Assembly: GCA_038227875.1 (NCBI GenBank)
Contig: JBBRPR010000008.1
Span: 143,595-207,594, forward strand
Reading direction: 5' to 3'
Length of the DNA: 64,000 nt
Origin: Planctomycetota bacterium
GTDB taxonomy: Bacteria; Planctomycetota; SZUA-567; H5-PLA8
Positions 28,601 through 38,151 of this stretch are shown here, piece after piece; the stretch's first letter is position 1; every line of letters begins with the position of its first letter. The position numbers were made by a program, and so were the translations under genes. The notes under the pieces were generated by a model. The model was given only the letters and a program-made list of their open reading frames with translations. It was not told the origin of the DNA and searched no databases.

Positions 28601-29867
28601 CCGTTCTCAGTTCCTCCCGGTCGGGTCGTGAGCCGATGAATTTGCGGAGGTGGATCATTTCGTCCATGCCGTGATGGTTTTGGGCGAGGCCTTCGCGCAA
28701 GGTGGTCAGGCGCTGGACCTGGCGCGAAGTGAAAGCGGTTGTGTCGCCGGGTGTTTTGGCGCCGAGGAGTTGTGCTTCGAGTTGCGATTCGAGCGTGTCG
28801 AGGCCTTCACCGGTTTGCGCAGAAATGGCGATGGGATCGCGGCCGATTAAAAATCCGAGGCCGGCGGCGGTCTCGTCGAGGCCGAGGTCCTTCTTGTTCA
28901 AGATCAGCAAGGTCGGGCCGTGGGCGAGCATGGTCTTGAGCAGCTCGACGTGGGCGTCGTCGGGCGGGCATGAGCCGTCGAGGACGACCAGTCGCAGCTC
29001 AGCGGATTTGGCGGCTTCAAGCGCGCGGCGCTGGCCTTCGGCTTCGACAGCATCATCTGCGGCGTGGCGCAAGCCGGCAGTGTCGCTGAGGATGACGTTC
29101 ATGCCGCGGATGTCGAGCGCGGTGTCAAGTTTGTCGCGCGTCGTTCCGGGTTGAGCGCTGACGATGTGGCGGTCGGCGCGCGCGAGCAGATTGGCGAGCG
29201 TCGACTTGCCGGCGTTCACGGGGCCGACGATGGCGATCGTGTGCGGGCGCAGCAGGTTCAGGGCGTAGGCGGAATTGGCGATGGCTTCGTCGGCGGCGCT
29301 GATGATCTTCGCGCGCCAGTCGTCGCGTTTTTCACGCAGGCCCAGGGCCATGTCGAAACCGAGGCGCTCCCACTTTTCTTGAAGTGCGCGCGTGGCGAGC
29401 AGGAAATCGGCCTGGCGGGCGGTGACGGCGGCGGCGAGGCGCACGCGGGATTCGAGCGCCAGCAGTGAGAGCTTGCCATTGAGGTGCGCGCGTTCAAGCA
29501 GTTCCGTGCCCCGAGCTGGGCGGAAGCCGGCTTCGAGCAGCAGCGCTTCGAGCGCGGCGAGCGTTCCCACTCCGCCGTGGCAGGAGACTTCGATCTGCGT
29601 GTTGCCGGTCCAGCTCTTGGAAAAGTCGACGACCGAGACGACGACGTCGTCGACCACGCGCAGTTTCTCGTCGAGCACGCGGCCGTACTGGAGCGCGCCA
29701 TCTTCGCGGGAGAGTTTTCGCTTGGAAGCGAAGAGCGGTTCGAAGCGCAGCAGCGTTTCATCGCCATCGAGCAGCAGCGTGGCGATGCCGCCGGATCCGG
29801 CGCTCGTGACGCGCGCGAAGACTGGAGAGCGCGACTCATTGGGATCGGGAGGCGGGGCGATTTTCAT
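28566..29867 (-). CDS. mnmE: tRNA modification GTPase MnmE/TrmE-like
   Basis: SWTGNTQIEVSCHGG, RAHLNGK, G1 GPVNAGKST, PGTTRD, DTAG, NKKD; lacks C-terminal FCxGK. Confidence 0.75.
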   Translation of the reverse strand: MKIAPPPDPNESRSPVFARVTSAGSGGIATLLLDGDETLLRFEPLFASKRKLSREDGALQYGRVLDEKLRVVDDVVVSVVDFSKSWTGNTQIEVSCHGGVGTLAALEALLLEAGFRPARGTELLERAHLNGKLSLLALESRVRLAAAVTARQADFLLATRALQEKWERLGFDMALGLREKRDDWRAKIISAADEAIANSAYALNLLRPHTIAIVGPVNAGKSTLANLLARADRHIVSAQPGTTRDKLDTALDIRGMNVILSDTAGLRHAADDAVEAEGQRRALEAAKSAELRLVVLDGSCPPDDAHVELLKTMLAHGPTLLILNKKDLGLDETAAGLGFLIGRDPIAISAQTGEGLDTLESQLEAQLLGAKTPGDTTAFTSRQVQRLTTLREGLAQNHHGMDEMIHLRKFIGSRPDREELRTAIADFGLRIAD

Positions 29868-30697
29868 GGCTGCGCCGCGCGGTAAGCCGCGAACAGACCG
29901 AGGTGAACGAGATCAGCCTGCAATTCCAGCTGCCAATTGGGGTACGCTTCGAAGCCCTTGATCAGGTGCGGCAGAAGTTCCTCCGCGCCGCCGCCGGTGA
30001 GCAGGATGCGCGCGGTGTCGCCGAGCAATTGGCGCTGCGCGATCGCGCCGGAGATCGCGCCGGAAACGTACGCGTGCCAGGCGCCGCGGGTCATCGCTTC
30101 GTCGGTATTGCGGCCGAGCGCGGTGTGGGCATCCAGCTTTTCCGGCAGCGGGACGTGTTCGAGGCGCGGCAGGCGCTGGGTAAGATTCTTGAGCGCGCCG
30201 AGCATCATGTCTTGGCCGGGAAGGATCAGGCCGCCTTCAAATTTTCCGGGCGTGACGGCGTTGATGGTCAGCGCGGTGCCGGAGTCGATCACGACGGCCG
30301 GGGAATCCGGATCGAGCGCCAGCGCGCCGAGCGCTCCGGCGATGCGGTCGTCGCCGACTTTCTCGGGGGGCGAGGGAACAATCTGAATCGGCGCGGGCAG
30401 TTCGGGAGTGCGGAAACGGCGCACGGAATAGCCGCTGGCTTCCAGCCAGATTTTCAGTTCGTCCTGGTAGGCCGGCACGACGCCGGCGAGGACGATGGCT
30501 GTTGCGGCGTCCGCAATGTGTTCGAGCCCCGCGTACGGGGTGGGGGAGGCGGCGCGGTTGAGGCGCAGGTCTTCATGATAAAGACAGGCGTCGTGTGTCG
30601 ACCACTTCACGGAGTCGCCGCTGCGGGCGTCTTCTTCCCAGCCCACGCACTTGGTATGCGTGTTGCCGGCCATGATGGTGACGATCGAATAGGTCAT
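29864..30697 (-). CDS. coaX: Type III pantothenate kinase
   Basis: GNTHTK, VGDDR, VIDSGTALT, GGLILPG, LTGGG. Confidence 0.85.
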   Translation of the reverse strand: MTYSIVTIMAGNTHTKCVGWEEDARSGDSVKWSTHDACLYHEDLRLNRAASPTPYAGLEHIADAATAIVLAGVVPAYQDELKIWLEASGYSVRRFRTPELPAPIQIVPSPPEKVGDDRIAGALGALALDPDSPAVVIDSGTALTINAVTPGKFEGGLILPGQDMMLGALKNLTQRLPRLEHVPLPEKLDAHTALGRNTDEAMTRGAWHAYVSGAISGAIAQRQLLGDTARILLTGGGAEELLPHLIKGFEAYPNWQLELQADLVHLGLFAAYRAAQP

Positions 30698-30715
30698 GGT
30701 CTGTCGCGCCTGTGG

Positions 30716-32647
30716 CTAAATTTCAATTTCGGCAGATGCGGGTCGTTGGTCCGGCACCGGGCCGCTGATGAACGTTTTATACCAGAGCTCCAAGGATAAC
30801 AGAGCGTAGAGCCGTTCGCCATGCTGCGCCTGCATGTCCTGGTGTTCACGCCAGAGTTGCTCCCAGAAGCGCGGTTTCAGGTAGCCATCGCCGACGAGAT
30901 GCGAGGCTTCAAAAGAGGCGATGGCGTGTTTCTGCAGCGGGCCGCGGAACCAGGCGTCGAGCGGCACGCCGAAGCCGCGCTTGCGGGCAGTGGTGACTTC
31001 CGGCGGCAGCGCGCGTTCGGCGGCTTCGCGCAGCAGCGGCTTGGAGCGGTTGCCGGGCAGGCGGACCTTGTCGGGAAGCGAGAGCGCCCACGCGACGAGA
31101 TCGACGTCGAGAAACGGCGAGCGTACTTCCAGGCCATGCGCCATCGACATGCGGTCGACCTTGTGGAGGACATCGCCGGGCAGGTACGATTCGAGATCGG
31201 CGCGCTGCAGCACACCCGGCGCGAGGCGCGAGGTCTGGGCGGCGCCGCTGCTGTCGAGAATCGTCTTGGCGCGCAGGAGCGTGTTGTCGAGGTATTCCAG
31301 CGCGTCGCAGCCTTCGGTGGCTTCAAGCAGTTCGGCACCGTAGATACTTTTCTTCTGCTCGGCGCTGAACAATTCCATCGCGGCGATGTAGGGGTGGTGG
31401 CCGCGCAATTCCATCTGGCGGCATTTTTCCAGCCAGCGGAGCATGCGGTCCCAGCCCTGCCGCGAGGCGGCCGGACGACGCCACTTGGCGTAGGCCAGCG
31501 CCAGCGCGCGGAAGACGCGCGGGACGCGCTTGTAGCGTTCAAACAACTGCATGCCGACGTAGCGGTCGTAGCCCGCGAAGACTTCGTCGCCGCCATCGCC
31601 GCTCAAGACCACCGTCGCGTGTGGCTTGGTTTTCTCGGAGAGCACGAACGTCGGCAGGCTGGAGCTGTCGAAGTACGGTTCATCGGTGTGCCAGACCACT
31701 TGCGGCAGAATGCGGAAGACGTCGGCGGGGACTTCGAAGTCGGTGTGCTCCGCGCCGAGAAATTTGGCGGAGAGCTGCGCCAGCGCGCGCTCGTCGTATT
31801 CGCGCTGTGTGAAGCCGGCGCAGAAGGACTTTACGCCGCCGTCGAGCTTCGAGGCGACGAGCGCCGAGTCGATCCCGCCGGAGAGCCACGCGCCGAGCGG
31901 GACGTCGCTGACGGTGCGGCGCTGCACGGCCTGCTGCAACCGGCCATCGAGATCCGCGGGGTCCGCTTCGGTGCGCGTGAGTTCCCACCAGGGGCGGTAG
32001 TCGAGCGTGCCTTTTTGCGCCCAAGCGAGATGGCCGGGCGGCAGCTTTTCGACGTCCTTAAATCCGCTGCGGGGCGGCGGCACGTAACGCCAGGTGAGCG
32101 CTTCGTCGATGGCGACGGGGTCGGGCTCAGGTTTGACGCCGAGAAAAAAGAGCGCTTTGGGTTCGCTGGCGAAGGCGACGAAGCCGGGGCGTTCGCAGAA
32201 GTAAAGCGGCTTGACGCCCAGCGGATCGCGCGCGAGCAGGAGCCGGCGTTCGTTGGAATCCCAGATCGCGAACGCGAACATGCCACGCAGTTTGGGCAGC
32301 AGCGCTTCGCCCCACTGTTCAAATCCGTGGACGAGGACTTCGGTGTCGGATTGGCTATTAAAGGTGTGTCCGCTGGCGCGGAGTTCGTCGCGCAATTCGC
32401 GGAAGTTGTAGATCTCGCCGTTGAAAACGACGTGGACGGATCCGTTCTCGTTGGCCATCGGCTGATCGCCGGCCGGCGAGAGGTCGATCACTTTCAAGCG
32501 GCGGAAACCGAGCACGATCTGGGTATCGTGCCAGAGTCCGGCGGAATCTGGCCCGCGATGCGCAAGAACCGAAGCCGCGCGCGCGACGCGAGCCGGGTCT
32601 TCGCTTTCCAGAGAATTCCACCGCAGCAGTCCGACGATTCCGCACAT
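30716..32647 (-). CDS. asnB: Asparagine synthase (glutamine-hydrolysing) family amidotransferase
   Basis: MCGIVG, HRGPD, FNGEIYN, GVKPLY, LSGGIDS, LSGDGGDE, KVDRMSMAHGLEVRSPFLD. Confidence 0.92.
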   Translation of the reverse strand: MCGIVGLLRWNSLESEDPARVARAASVLAHRGPDSAGLWHDTQIVLGFRRLKVIDLSPAGDQPMANENGSVHVVFNGEIYNFRELRDELRASGHTFNSQSDTEVLVHGFEQWGEALLPKLRGMFAFAIWDSNERRLLLARDPLGVKPLYFCERPGFVAFASEPKALFFLGVKPEPDPVAIDEALTWRYVPPPRSGFKDVEKLPPGHLAWAQKGTLDYRPWWELTRTEADPADLDGRLQQAVQRRTVSDVPLGAWLSGGIDSALVASKLDGGVKSFCAGFTQREYDERALAQLSAKFLGAEHTDFEVPADVFRILPQVVWHTDEPYFDSSSLPTFVLSEKTKPHATVVLSGDGGDEVFAGYDRYVGMQLFERYKRVPRVFRALALAYAKWRRPAASRQGWDRMLRWLEKCRQMELRGHHPYIAAMELFSAEQKKSIYGAELLEATEGCDALEYLDNTLLRAKTILDSSGAAQTSRLAPGVLQRADLESYLPGDVLHKVDRMSMAHGLEVRSPFLDVDLVAWALSLPDKVRLPGNRSKPLLREAAERALPPEVTTARKRGFGVPLDAWFRGPLQKHAIASFEASHLVGDGYLKPRFWEQLWREHQDMQAQHGERLYALLSLELWYKTFISGPVPDQRPASAEIEI

Positions 32648-32685
32648 GGGGGTATGGTAGCAGCGCGAGGAAAACTGTAATGGAT

Positions 32686-32771
32686 AGTTTTGAGTTGTGA
32701 GTTTTTAGTCTTGAGTTGGGCGCGACGTTGGCCGCACGCAACTCAGAACTATAAATTCAATACTCAAAACT
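32686..32771. repeat. Inverted heptamer-arm hairpin (AGTTTTG/CAAAACT)
   Basis: agttttgagttgtgagtttttagtcttgagttg ... caactcagaactataaattcaatactcaaaact. Confidence 0.8.
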
Positions 32772-32777
32772 GCTCCG

Positions 32778-34208
32778 TCAAACCACCTGCAACAACAACC
32801 CCTTCAGATATCGTCCCTGGTCGAATCCGGGCGGAACGGCGTGATCGGGGCCGGGACCGCGGCGGTCGAGAAGTACAGCGCGGCGGCCGGTGGAGCGGAG
32901 CGCGGCGGCGACGGTGCGTTCGAAATCGATCTCCGAAACGCTGCCGGAGCAGGAGCAGGTGAACAGCAATCCCCCGGGCGCGAGCAGGCGCACAGCTTGC
33001 GCGTTCAGGTCGCGATAGCCGGAAAGGGCTTGCGGTACCGAGTCGCGCGTGCGCGCGAACTTCGGCGGGTCGAGGACGATCAGGTCGTACTGGCGGCCGG
33101 CTTCGCGCAGGTGCTTGAAGCCTTCGTTCCATTCGGTGTTGACCAGGTCGCCGTCGTCGATGCCGTTGTGTTCGAGATTCAGTTTCGCCAGTTCCAGCGC
33201 CTCTTCGCTCGATTCAATCAGCGTGATGCTCTTGGCGCCGGCCTTGGCGGCGTGGAGTGCGAAGCCGCCGCTGTAGCTGAAGACGTCGAGCACGTTCCGA
33301 TCAGGCGCGAAGGAGGCGATGTAGCGGCGGTTTTCGCGCTGATCGAGATAGAGCCCGGTTTTCTGGCTCTGTCCGGGGCGCAGGTCGCAGCTCATTTCGA
33401 CGGTGTGTTCGCGCACGAAGAACGGCGCATCCGGCGCCTTGCCGCGCAGCGGACCCTGGCGCGTGGGTGAGAGCTTTTCGATCTGGCGCGATTTGGCGTC
33501 GCTGCGGTCGAGAATTCCGGCCGGGTGGAGCAGGTCTTCGAGAATGTCGAGAATGTCGTCCTCGCGGCGGTCCATGCCGACGGTGCCGACCTGCACGGTG
33601 ATGTAGTCGCCGTAGACATCGACGGTCAGTCCGCCGAGTCCGTCGCCTTCGGAATTGATCAGGCGGTACGCGGTGGTGCCGGAGAGTGTCGCGGGCGCGG
33701 CGGACAGCGGAGCACCTTTGAGCAGCGCGTCCTTCTTTTTGCGGAGTTCCGCGGTCTCTTCCAGCGCGTCCATACCGTACTGCTTGGCGAATTCCTGGAT
33801 GCCGCTGATCTGCTTGTCGAGTTCTTCAAGCTGGTCCTGATCTTTGGTGCTGATGTTCGCGCTGGCCTGCACGCCCCGGACGACGCCAAGGCCAAGGACA
33901 TCCCGGCGCAAGCGATACGCTTCGCCAATGCGCGTTTTCAGGAAGTCGGTGGTGATGGCGGTGTCGGCGCGGGTGAGGATTCGCACGGCGATCGCGGAAT
34001 CCGGCGAGTAGAAGCCGCGGCCCAGGCAGGTGCCGCGATCGTCGACGATGCGGACTTCGTCGCCCGGAGCGGCTTTGGGGCCGTCGATGCCGGCGACAGC
34101 CTCGGCGAAGACCCAGGGATGGCCGGCGTGAATCGGTTTGGCGACGCCTTTTTTCAGGTGGGCGGTCGGCACGCGTTCGGCGCGCGGGATTGGGAATTGT
34201 TCGCTCAC
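32778..34208 (-). CDS. RlmI/YccW-like SAM-dependent rRNA methyltransferase with PUA domain
   Basis: GHPWVF, RLINSEGDGLGGLTVD, QKTGLYLDQRENR, VFSYSGGF, LDPPKF, TCSCS; GTG start after AAGGA. Confidence 0.88.
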   Translation of the reverse strand: MSEQFPIPRAERVPTAHLKKGVAKPIHAGHPWVFAEAVAGIDGPKAAPGDEVRIVDDRGTCLGRGFYSPDSAIAVRILTRADTAITTDFLKTRIGEAYRLRRDVLGLGVVRGVQASANISTKDQDQLEELDKQISGIQEFAKQYGMDALEETAELRKKKDALLKGAPLSAAPATLSGTTAYRLINSEGDGLGGLTVDVYGDYITVQVGTVGMDRREDDILDILEDLLHPAGILDRSDAKSRQIEKLSPTRQGPLRGKAPDAPFFVREHTVEMSCDLRPGQSQKTGLYLDQRENRRYIASFAPDRNVLDVFSYSGGFALHAAKAGAKSITLIESSEEALELAKLNLEHNGIDDGDLVNTEWNEGFKHLREAGRQYDLIVLDPPKFARTRDSVPQALSGYRDLNAQAVRLLAPGGLLFTCSCSGSVSEIDFERTVAAALRSTGRRAVLLDRRGPGPDHAVPPGFDQGRYLKGLLLQVV

Positions 34209-34297
34209 GTGGAGATCCTTGCAGCCCGGTGACAAAACCGTTGACCTGCGCTCGAAACGCCTCAACTGGCGATTCTTACGCCTCTTGTTCAAAAAAT

Positions 34298-34334
34298 AAA
34301 AAGGGGAAAGGCCGTGAGCCTTCCCCCTTTTTTT
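34298..34334. terminator. Intrinsic terminator (bidirectional) downstream of small lipoprotein gene
   Basis: AAAAAGGGGAAAGGC-CGTGA-GCCTTCCCCCTTTTTTT. Confidence 0.85.
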
Positions 34335-34361
34335 CAGACAGCTTGAGCTCGGAATCGTCGC

Positions 34362-34550
34362 TTACTTGGCGGTGCCGGTGCCCGTTCCCGTGCTGGTGGT
34401 CACTGCGGTTACCGTGCCGGTAACGACAGTCGTGGCCGTACCCGTGGCCGTTGCTGTCACCGTGGCGGTCGTTGCCGGCTTCGCCGGTTCACCACAGCCA
34501 ACTGCCGCGATCAGGCCCAACGTTGCGACGAACATACCAATCTTACGCAT
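34362..34550 (-). CDS. Small Thr-rich lipoprotein
   Basis: Strong SD GGAGG, signal with AVGC lipobox, own terminator. Confidence 0.8.
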   Translation of the reverse strand: MRKIGMFVATLGLIAAVGCGEPAKPATTATVTATATGTATTVVTGTVTAVTTSTGTGTGTAK

Positions 34551-35001
34551 GCTTCCCCTCCTCCAAAGATTAACTGCAGTTTAACGACGCCCCACAACTC
34601 TGTTAACGACTATCACGCGTGCCGAGGAGCCGCCGCGGGGCTCTGTTGGCTTGTTCTCACCTGAAAAGACTTTGCTTTGGTATTCAGAATTTTACCAGTG
34701 CTGGGCTGTGCTCGTTCCAATTCTAAAATGACTGCATGGGACTCAAACGGATAACAGGCGAAGTATATATCAGTCACTCTTGCCGATGTAAAATTCATTT
34801 TCCGCAAAGAACGGGCATTCACGGGAGTCCTATTCAGAACAGTTCTGGCGGGTGAAGTAATCGCACATTGTGGCGTAATCTAGTGGGCTTCAATTGAAGC
34901 CCAGTCGAAACAGATGTTTCCTCGAGGGTTGGCTTCCAGGAATTCCCAAAAAGCTTTCCCTTTTAATCACAGGATGGACGATCTATACTCTTAACCCTGC
35001 A

Positions 35002-37665
35002 ATGATCACACGACTGCTCAACCTCCGCTTTCTGCGCATCCTCTCGGCTGGCCTGTGTCTGCTGATGCTCTCCTCCTGCTTTGAGGAGGCACGCAACGCC
35101 ATTCCGTTTCTGCCACCGTCGCAATACGTGGTGGTGGGCGGACGCAAGCTGACGCGCACGGAAGTGGCGTACTACAAGAAGATCAAGGACTTAAGCTACG
35201 CGACGAAGATCAATCCGAAGGACGCCGTCGCGTTCAATGCCATCGGTGAACTGTTCCAGGCCAAGGGCAACTACAATCTGGCCAAGGAGCTGTACCTGAA
35301 GGCGATCGACATCGATGCCACGCTCTCCCAGCCGCACTACAACCTCGGCTTGATCTACCTTTATGAGGACCGCTTTGCCGGCGCGACCGATGAATTGCTG
35401 AAAGCCCGCAAGCTCAGCCCCGACGACGCGCGCATTCGCCATCGGCTCGGGCAGGGACAGGCTGGATTGGCCAATTCGAAGGGTGCGCTGAAAGAGTACG
35501 ACGAAGCCATCTCGCTCGACCCGGAATACACGCCTGCCTATCTGGAAAAGGCAAAGCTGCTCTACAGTCTGCGACGTTACGCGGAAGCGACGGCGACCTG
35601 CCGCGCGGCGCTGACCAAGGCGCCGAAGGTTGTCGCCGCCACCGTGGCGAAGGAAACCCGCGGACCAGGCATCATCGACAAATTCCTACCCACCGGCCAG
35701 GAAGAAGAAGCGCCCAAGACCTACCGGCAGGAAGCGGCGTATGACCTTGCACTGTGCCTGAAAGCTCAGGGCCAGTTCCGCGAAGCGCTGACGGTGCTGG
35801 TTCAGGCCGAGGACGCGCCCGTGGGCCAGGCGGACGTGCAGATGCTGAAAGCACGCTTGCTCGACGCGTCAGGCGACACGGCCACGGCGGTCACGACACT
35901 GACGACGCTGCGCATCGCGTTCCCTGACATGGCCGAGATTCCCAAGCGCCTCTCGAAGCTTTATCAAAAATCCGGGCAGATGGATCTGGCGAGCAAAGCG
36001 CGGTTGGAAGCGGCGGAGCTCGATCATTCCGACCGTGAGTTGCAGGAAGAGGCCGCACGTTTCGCCGAGCAGAAGAAGGACACCGCGCGGCTGATCTCGA
36101 TCTACGAACGCCTCGTCCGCGTGGATCCTGAGAATGTGAAGTACCGCCGGCAACTGGCCAAGGCGTACGACATCAACGGCATCAAGCGTTCGGCGGCGCT
36201 GGCCTACCAGGAAATCGTCAACCGCGATCCCGACGACGTGGCGACGCGCCGCCGGCTGGGCATCCTCTACGCGGAACTGCCTGGATTTGCCGGACGCGCG
36301 CAGCTGCAGTTCAAGTTCGTGCTCGAAAAAACGCCCAACGATGCGGAAGTGCACCGCAAGCTGGGCGAACTGCTGCTCGGTTCGCCATCCACTTACGCGG
36401 AAGCGGAAAAGCACATCCAGGCGTCGCTGCAATTCAATCCCAACGACGCGCAGGCGTATCAGAATCTCGCCACGCTGCAGGGCGGGCAGCAGCGCTTCGA
36501 AGACGCCGTCGCCAACTACAAGAAGGCGCTGGTGATCGATCCGAAAATGGGCCTCGCGCAGATCAACCTCGCGAAAGTGCTGCTGACGCTGAAGCGCAAC
36601 GAAGAAGCGCTGGTGCCGCTGAAAGGTTACCTCGCCGCGCACAACGACGACGAAGACGCTCACCGGTTGCTGGCGGTGGCGTATAGCGACCTGGGCCGCA
36701 AGGAAGACGCGGTCAAGGAATACGAAAGGATCGACGCGATCAAGCCCGCGGAAGTTCAGTCGAAGATGGAACTCGCTTCGTTGCAGACCGGACTGGGCAA
36801 GCAGCGCGTGGCCGTCGGACTGTACGAAGCGATTCTCGAAAAACATCCCGCCGATTTGAACGCCCTACGCGAAGCCGGGCGGCTTTACGGCGAAATGAAA
36901 ATGCCGCTGCGCGCCATTTACTGCTGGCAGCGCGTGCTGTCGCTGAAGTCCGGCGATCTGGAAGCGCAAGGCAAGCTGGCGGTGGAATACCGCGTGATCG
37001 GCGACGAAGAAGCAGCGCTCGTCCGCTACGAAGCCGTGGGCAAGTCCGGCGACGCCGAAGCGTGGAAGGCCGCAGCGTTTTTGCGCCTCAAGCGCAAGGA
37101 ACGCGACCAGGCCATCGAAGCGTTGCATGAAGCGCTGAAGATCAAAAATCAGGACGTCGAAGCGCGCCGCGAACTGGCGACGCTGCTGATGGGTTCGCAG
37201 AGCCCCGAAGAGAAAGACGAAGCGCTGCGCCTCTGCCAGGAACTCACGCAGCTCAACCCCAAGGACAACAAGGCGCATTTGAACCTGGCGAATCTGTACA
37301 GCGAATTCAACCGCCTCTCGGAAGCGCAGGACGAATACGAAATCATCATCCGCGACGAACCGACGAACGTCGCTGCAAACCTGGGCGTCGGCGTGGTCTG
37401 GCGCAAGCGCGGGCAGTATCCGAAGGCGCTGGAGAGCTACAAGAAGGCGCTCGAAGCTGATCCGAAGGCCGCCGTCGTTCATTACAACATCGCTTTGACG
37501 TACGATTTCTACATGAAGGACCCCGAGCAGGCGAAGGCGTATTATGCCAGCTACGTTAAGTGCGGCGGCGACCCGAAGAAGGTGCCTGACCTCTCTACGC
37601 CCGGCGATGTGCCGCAGCGTTCGGCGGGGACGGAACCGAAACTTAAACCGCCGGCCGGCCGCTAA
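35002..37665 (+). CDS. Large TPR-repeat lipoprotein
   Basis: Lipobox LSSC; many TPR units (AFNAIG, PHYNLG, AYQNLA, AHLNLA, VHYNIA). Confidence 0.9.
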   Translation: MITRLLNLRFLRILSAGLCLLMLSSCFEEARNAIPFLPPSQYVVVGGRKLTRTEVAYYKKIKDLSYATKINPKDAVAFNAIGELFQAKGNYNLAKELYLKAIDIDATLSQPHYNLGLIYLYEDRFAGATDELLKARKLSPDDARIRHRLGQGQAGLANSKGALKEYDEAISLDPEYTPAYLEKAKLLYSLRRYAEATATCRAALTKAPKVVAATVAKETRGPGIIDKFLPTGQEEEAPKTYRQEAAYDLALCLKAQGQFREALTVLVQAEDAPVGQADVQMLKARLLDASGDTATAVTTLTTLRIAFPDMAEIPKRLSKLYQKSGQMDLASKARLEAAELDHSDRELQEEAARFAEQKKDTARLISIYERLVRVDPENVKYRRQLAKAYDINGIKRSAALAYQEIVNRDPDDVATRRRLGILYAELPGFAGRAQLQFKFVLEKTPNDAEVHRKLGELLLGSPSTYAEAEKHIQASLQFNPNDAQAYQNLATLQGGQQRFEDAVANYKKALVIDPKMGLAQINLAKVLLTLKRNEEALVPLKGYLAAHNDDEDAHRLLAVAYSDLGRKEDAVKEYERIDAIKPAEVQSKMELASLQTGLGKQRVAVGLYEAILEKHPADLNALREAGRLYGEMKMPLRAIYCWQRVLSLKSGDLEAQGKLAVEYRVIGDEEAALVRYEAVGKSGDAEAWKAAAFLRLKRKERDQAIEALHEALKIKNQDVEARRELATLLMGSQSPEEKDEALRLCQELTQLNPKDNKAHLNLANLYSEFNRLSEAQDEYEIIIRDEPTNVAANLGVGVVWRKRGQYPKALESYKKALEADPKAAVVHYNIALTYDFYMKDPEQAKAYYASYVKCGGDPKKVPDLSTPGDVPQRSAGTEPKLKPPAGR

Positions 37666-37677
37666 AATTGAGCTTTC

Positions 37678-38151
37678 ATGTCTGATTTCATCGAAGTTGG
37701 CCTGATCATTCCCGCAAACCCCGACGCGGTCTGGAAAGTCGTCGCCGACTTTCAGCGCTTCGCGGAGTGGCTGCCGGTGAAGGCCGAGATCAAATTTCCC
37801 GACGGCATGGAAGCGAAAGTCGGCGTGGTGGTTCAGGTCGAGCGCGAATCGGGGATGGGGCGCGTGCATTTCGAGCAGGTGTTCGACCGCGTCGATGCGC
37901 CGAAGTTGCTGGGTTGGTCCAATCGCAACGAGAGGCTGGGCGGCAAGCCGATCACGCAGATCAAGGAGTTCAAGACGGCGCTGACGCTCGATCCGACGGC
38001 CGATGGCAAGACGTTGTTGAAGATCCGCAGCGACTGGACACCCGTGGGAATGATGGGCGCAATGGCCAACAACTTCATGAAGCCGCGCCTGAAGCAGGAA
38101 TACGAGGCGGCGTTGAAGAACATCGCGCGACTCGCGACGGCCACATCATGA
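37678..38151 (+). CDS. SRPBCC family protein
   Basis: IPANPDAVWKVVADF...EWLP; C-terminal helix ALKNIA. Confidence 0.8.
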   Translation: MSDFIEVGLIIPANPDAVWKVVADFQRFAEWLPVKAEIKFPDGMEAKVGVVVQVERESGMGRVHFEQVFDRVDAPKLLGWSNRNERLGGKPITQIKEFKTALTLDPTADGKTLLKIRSDWTPVGMMGAMANNFMKPRLKQEYEAALKNIARLATATS

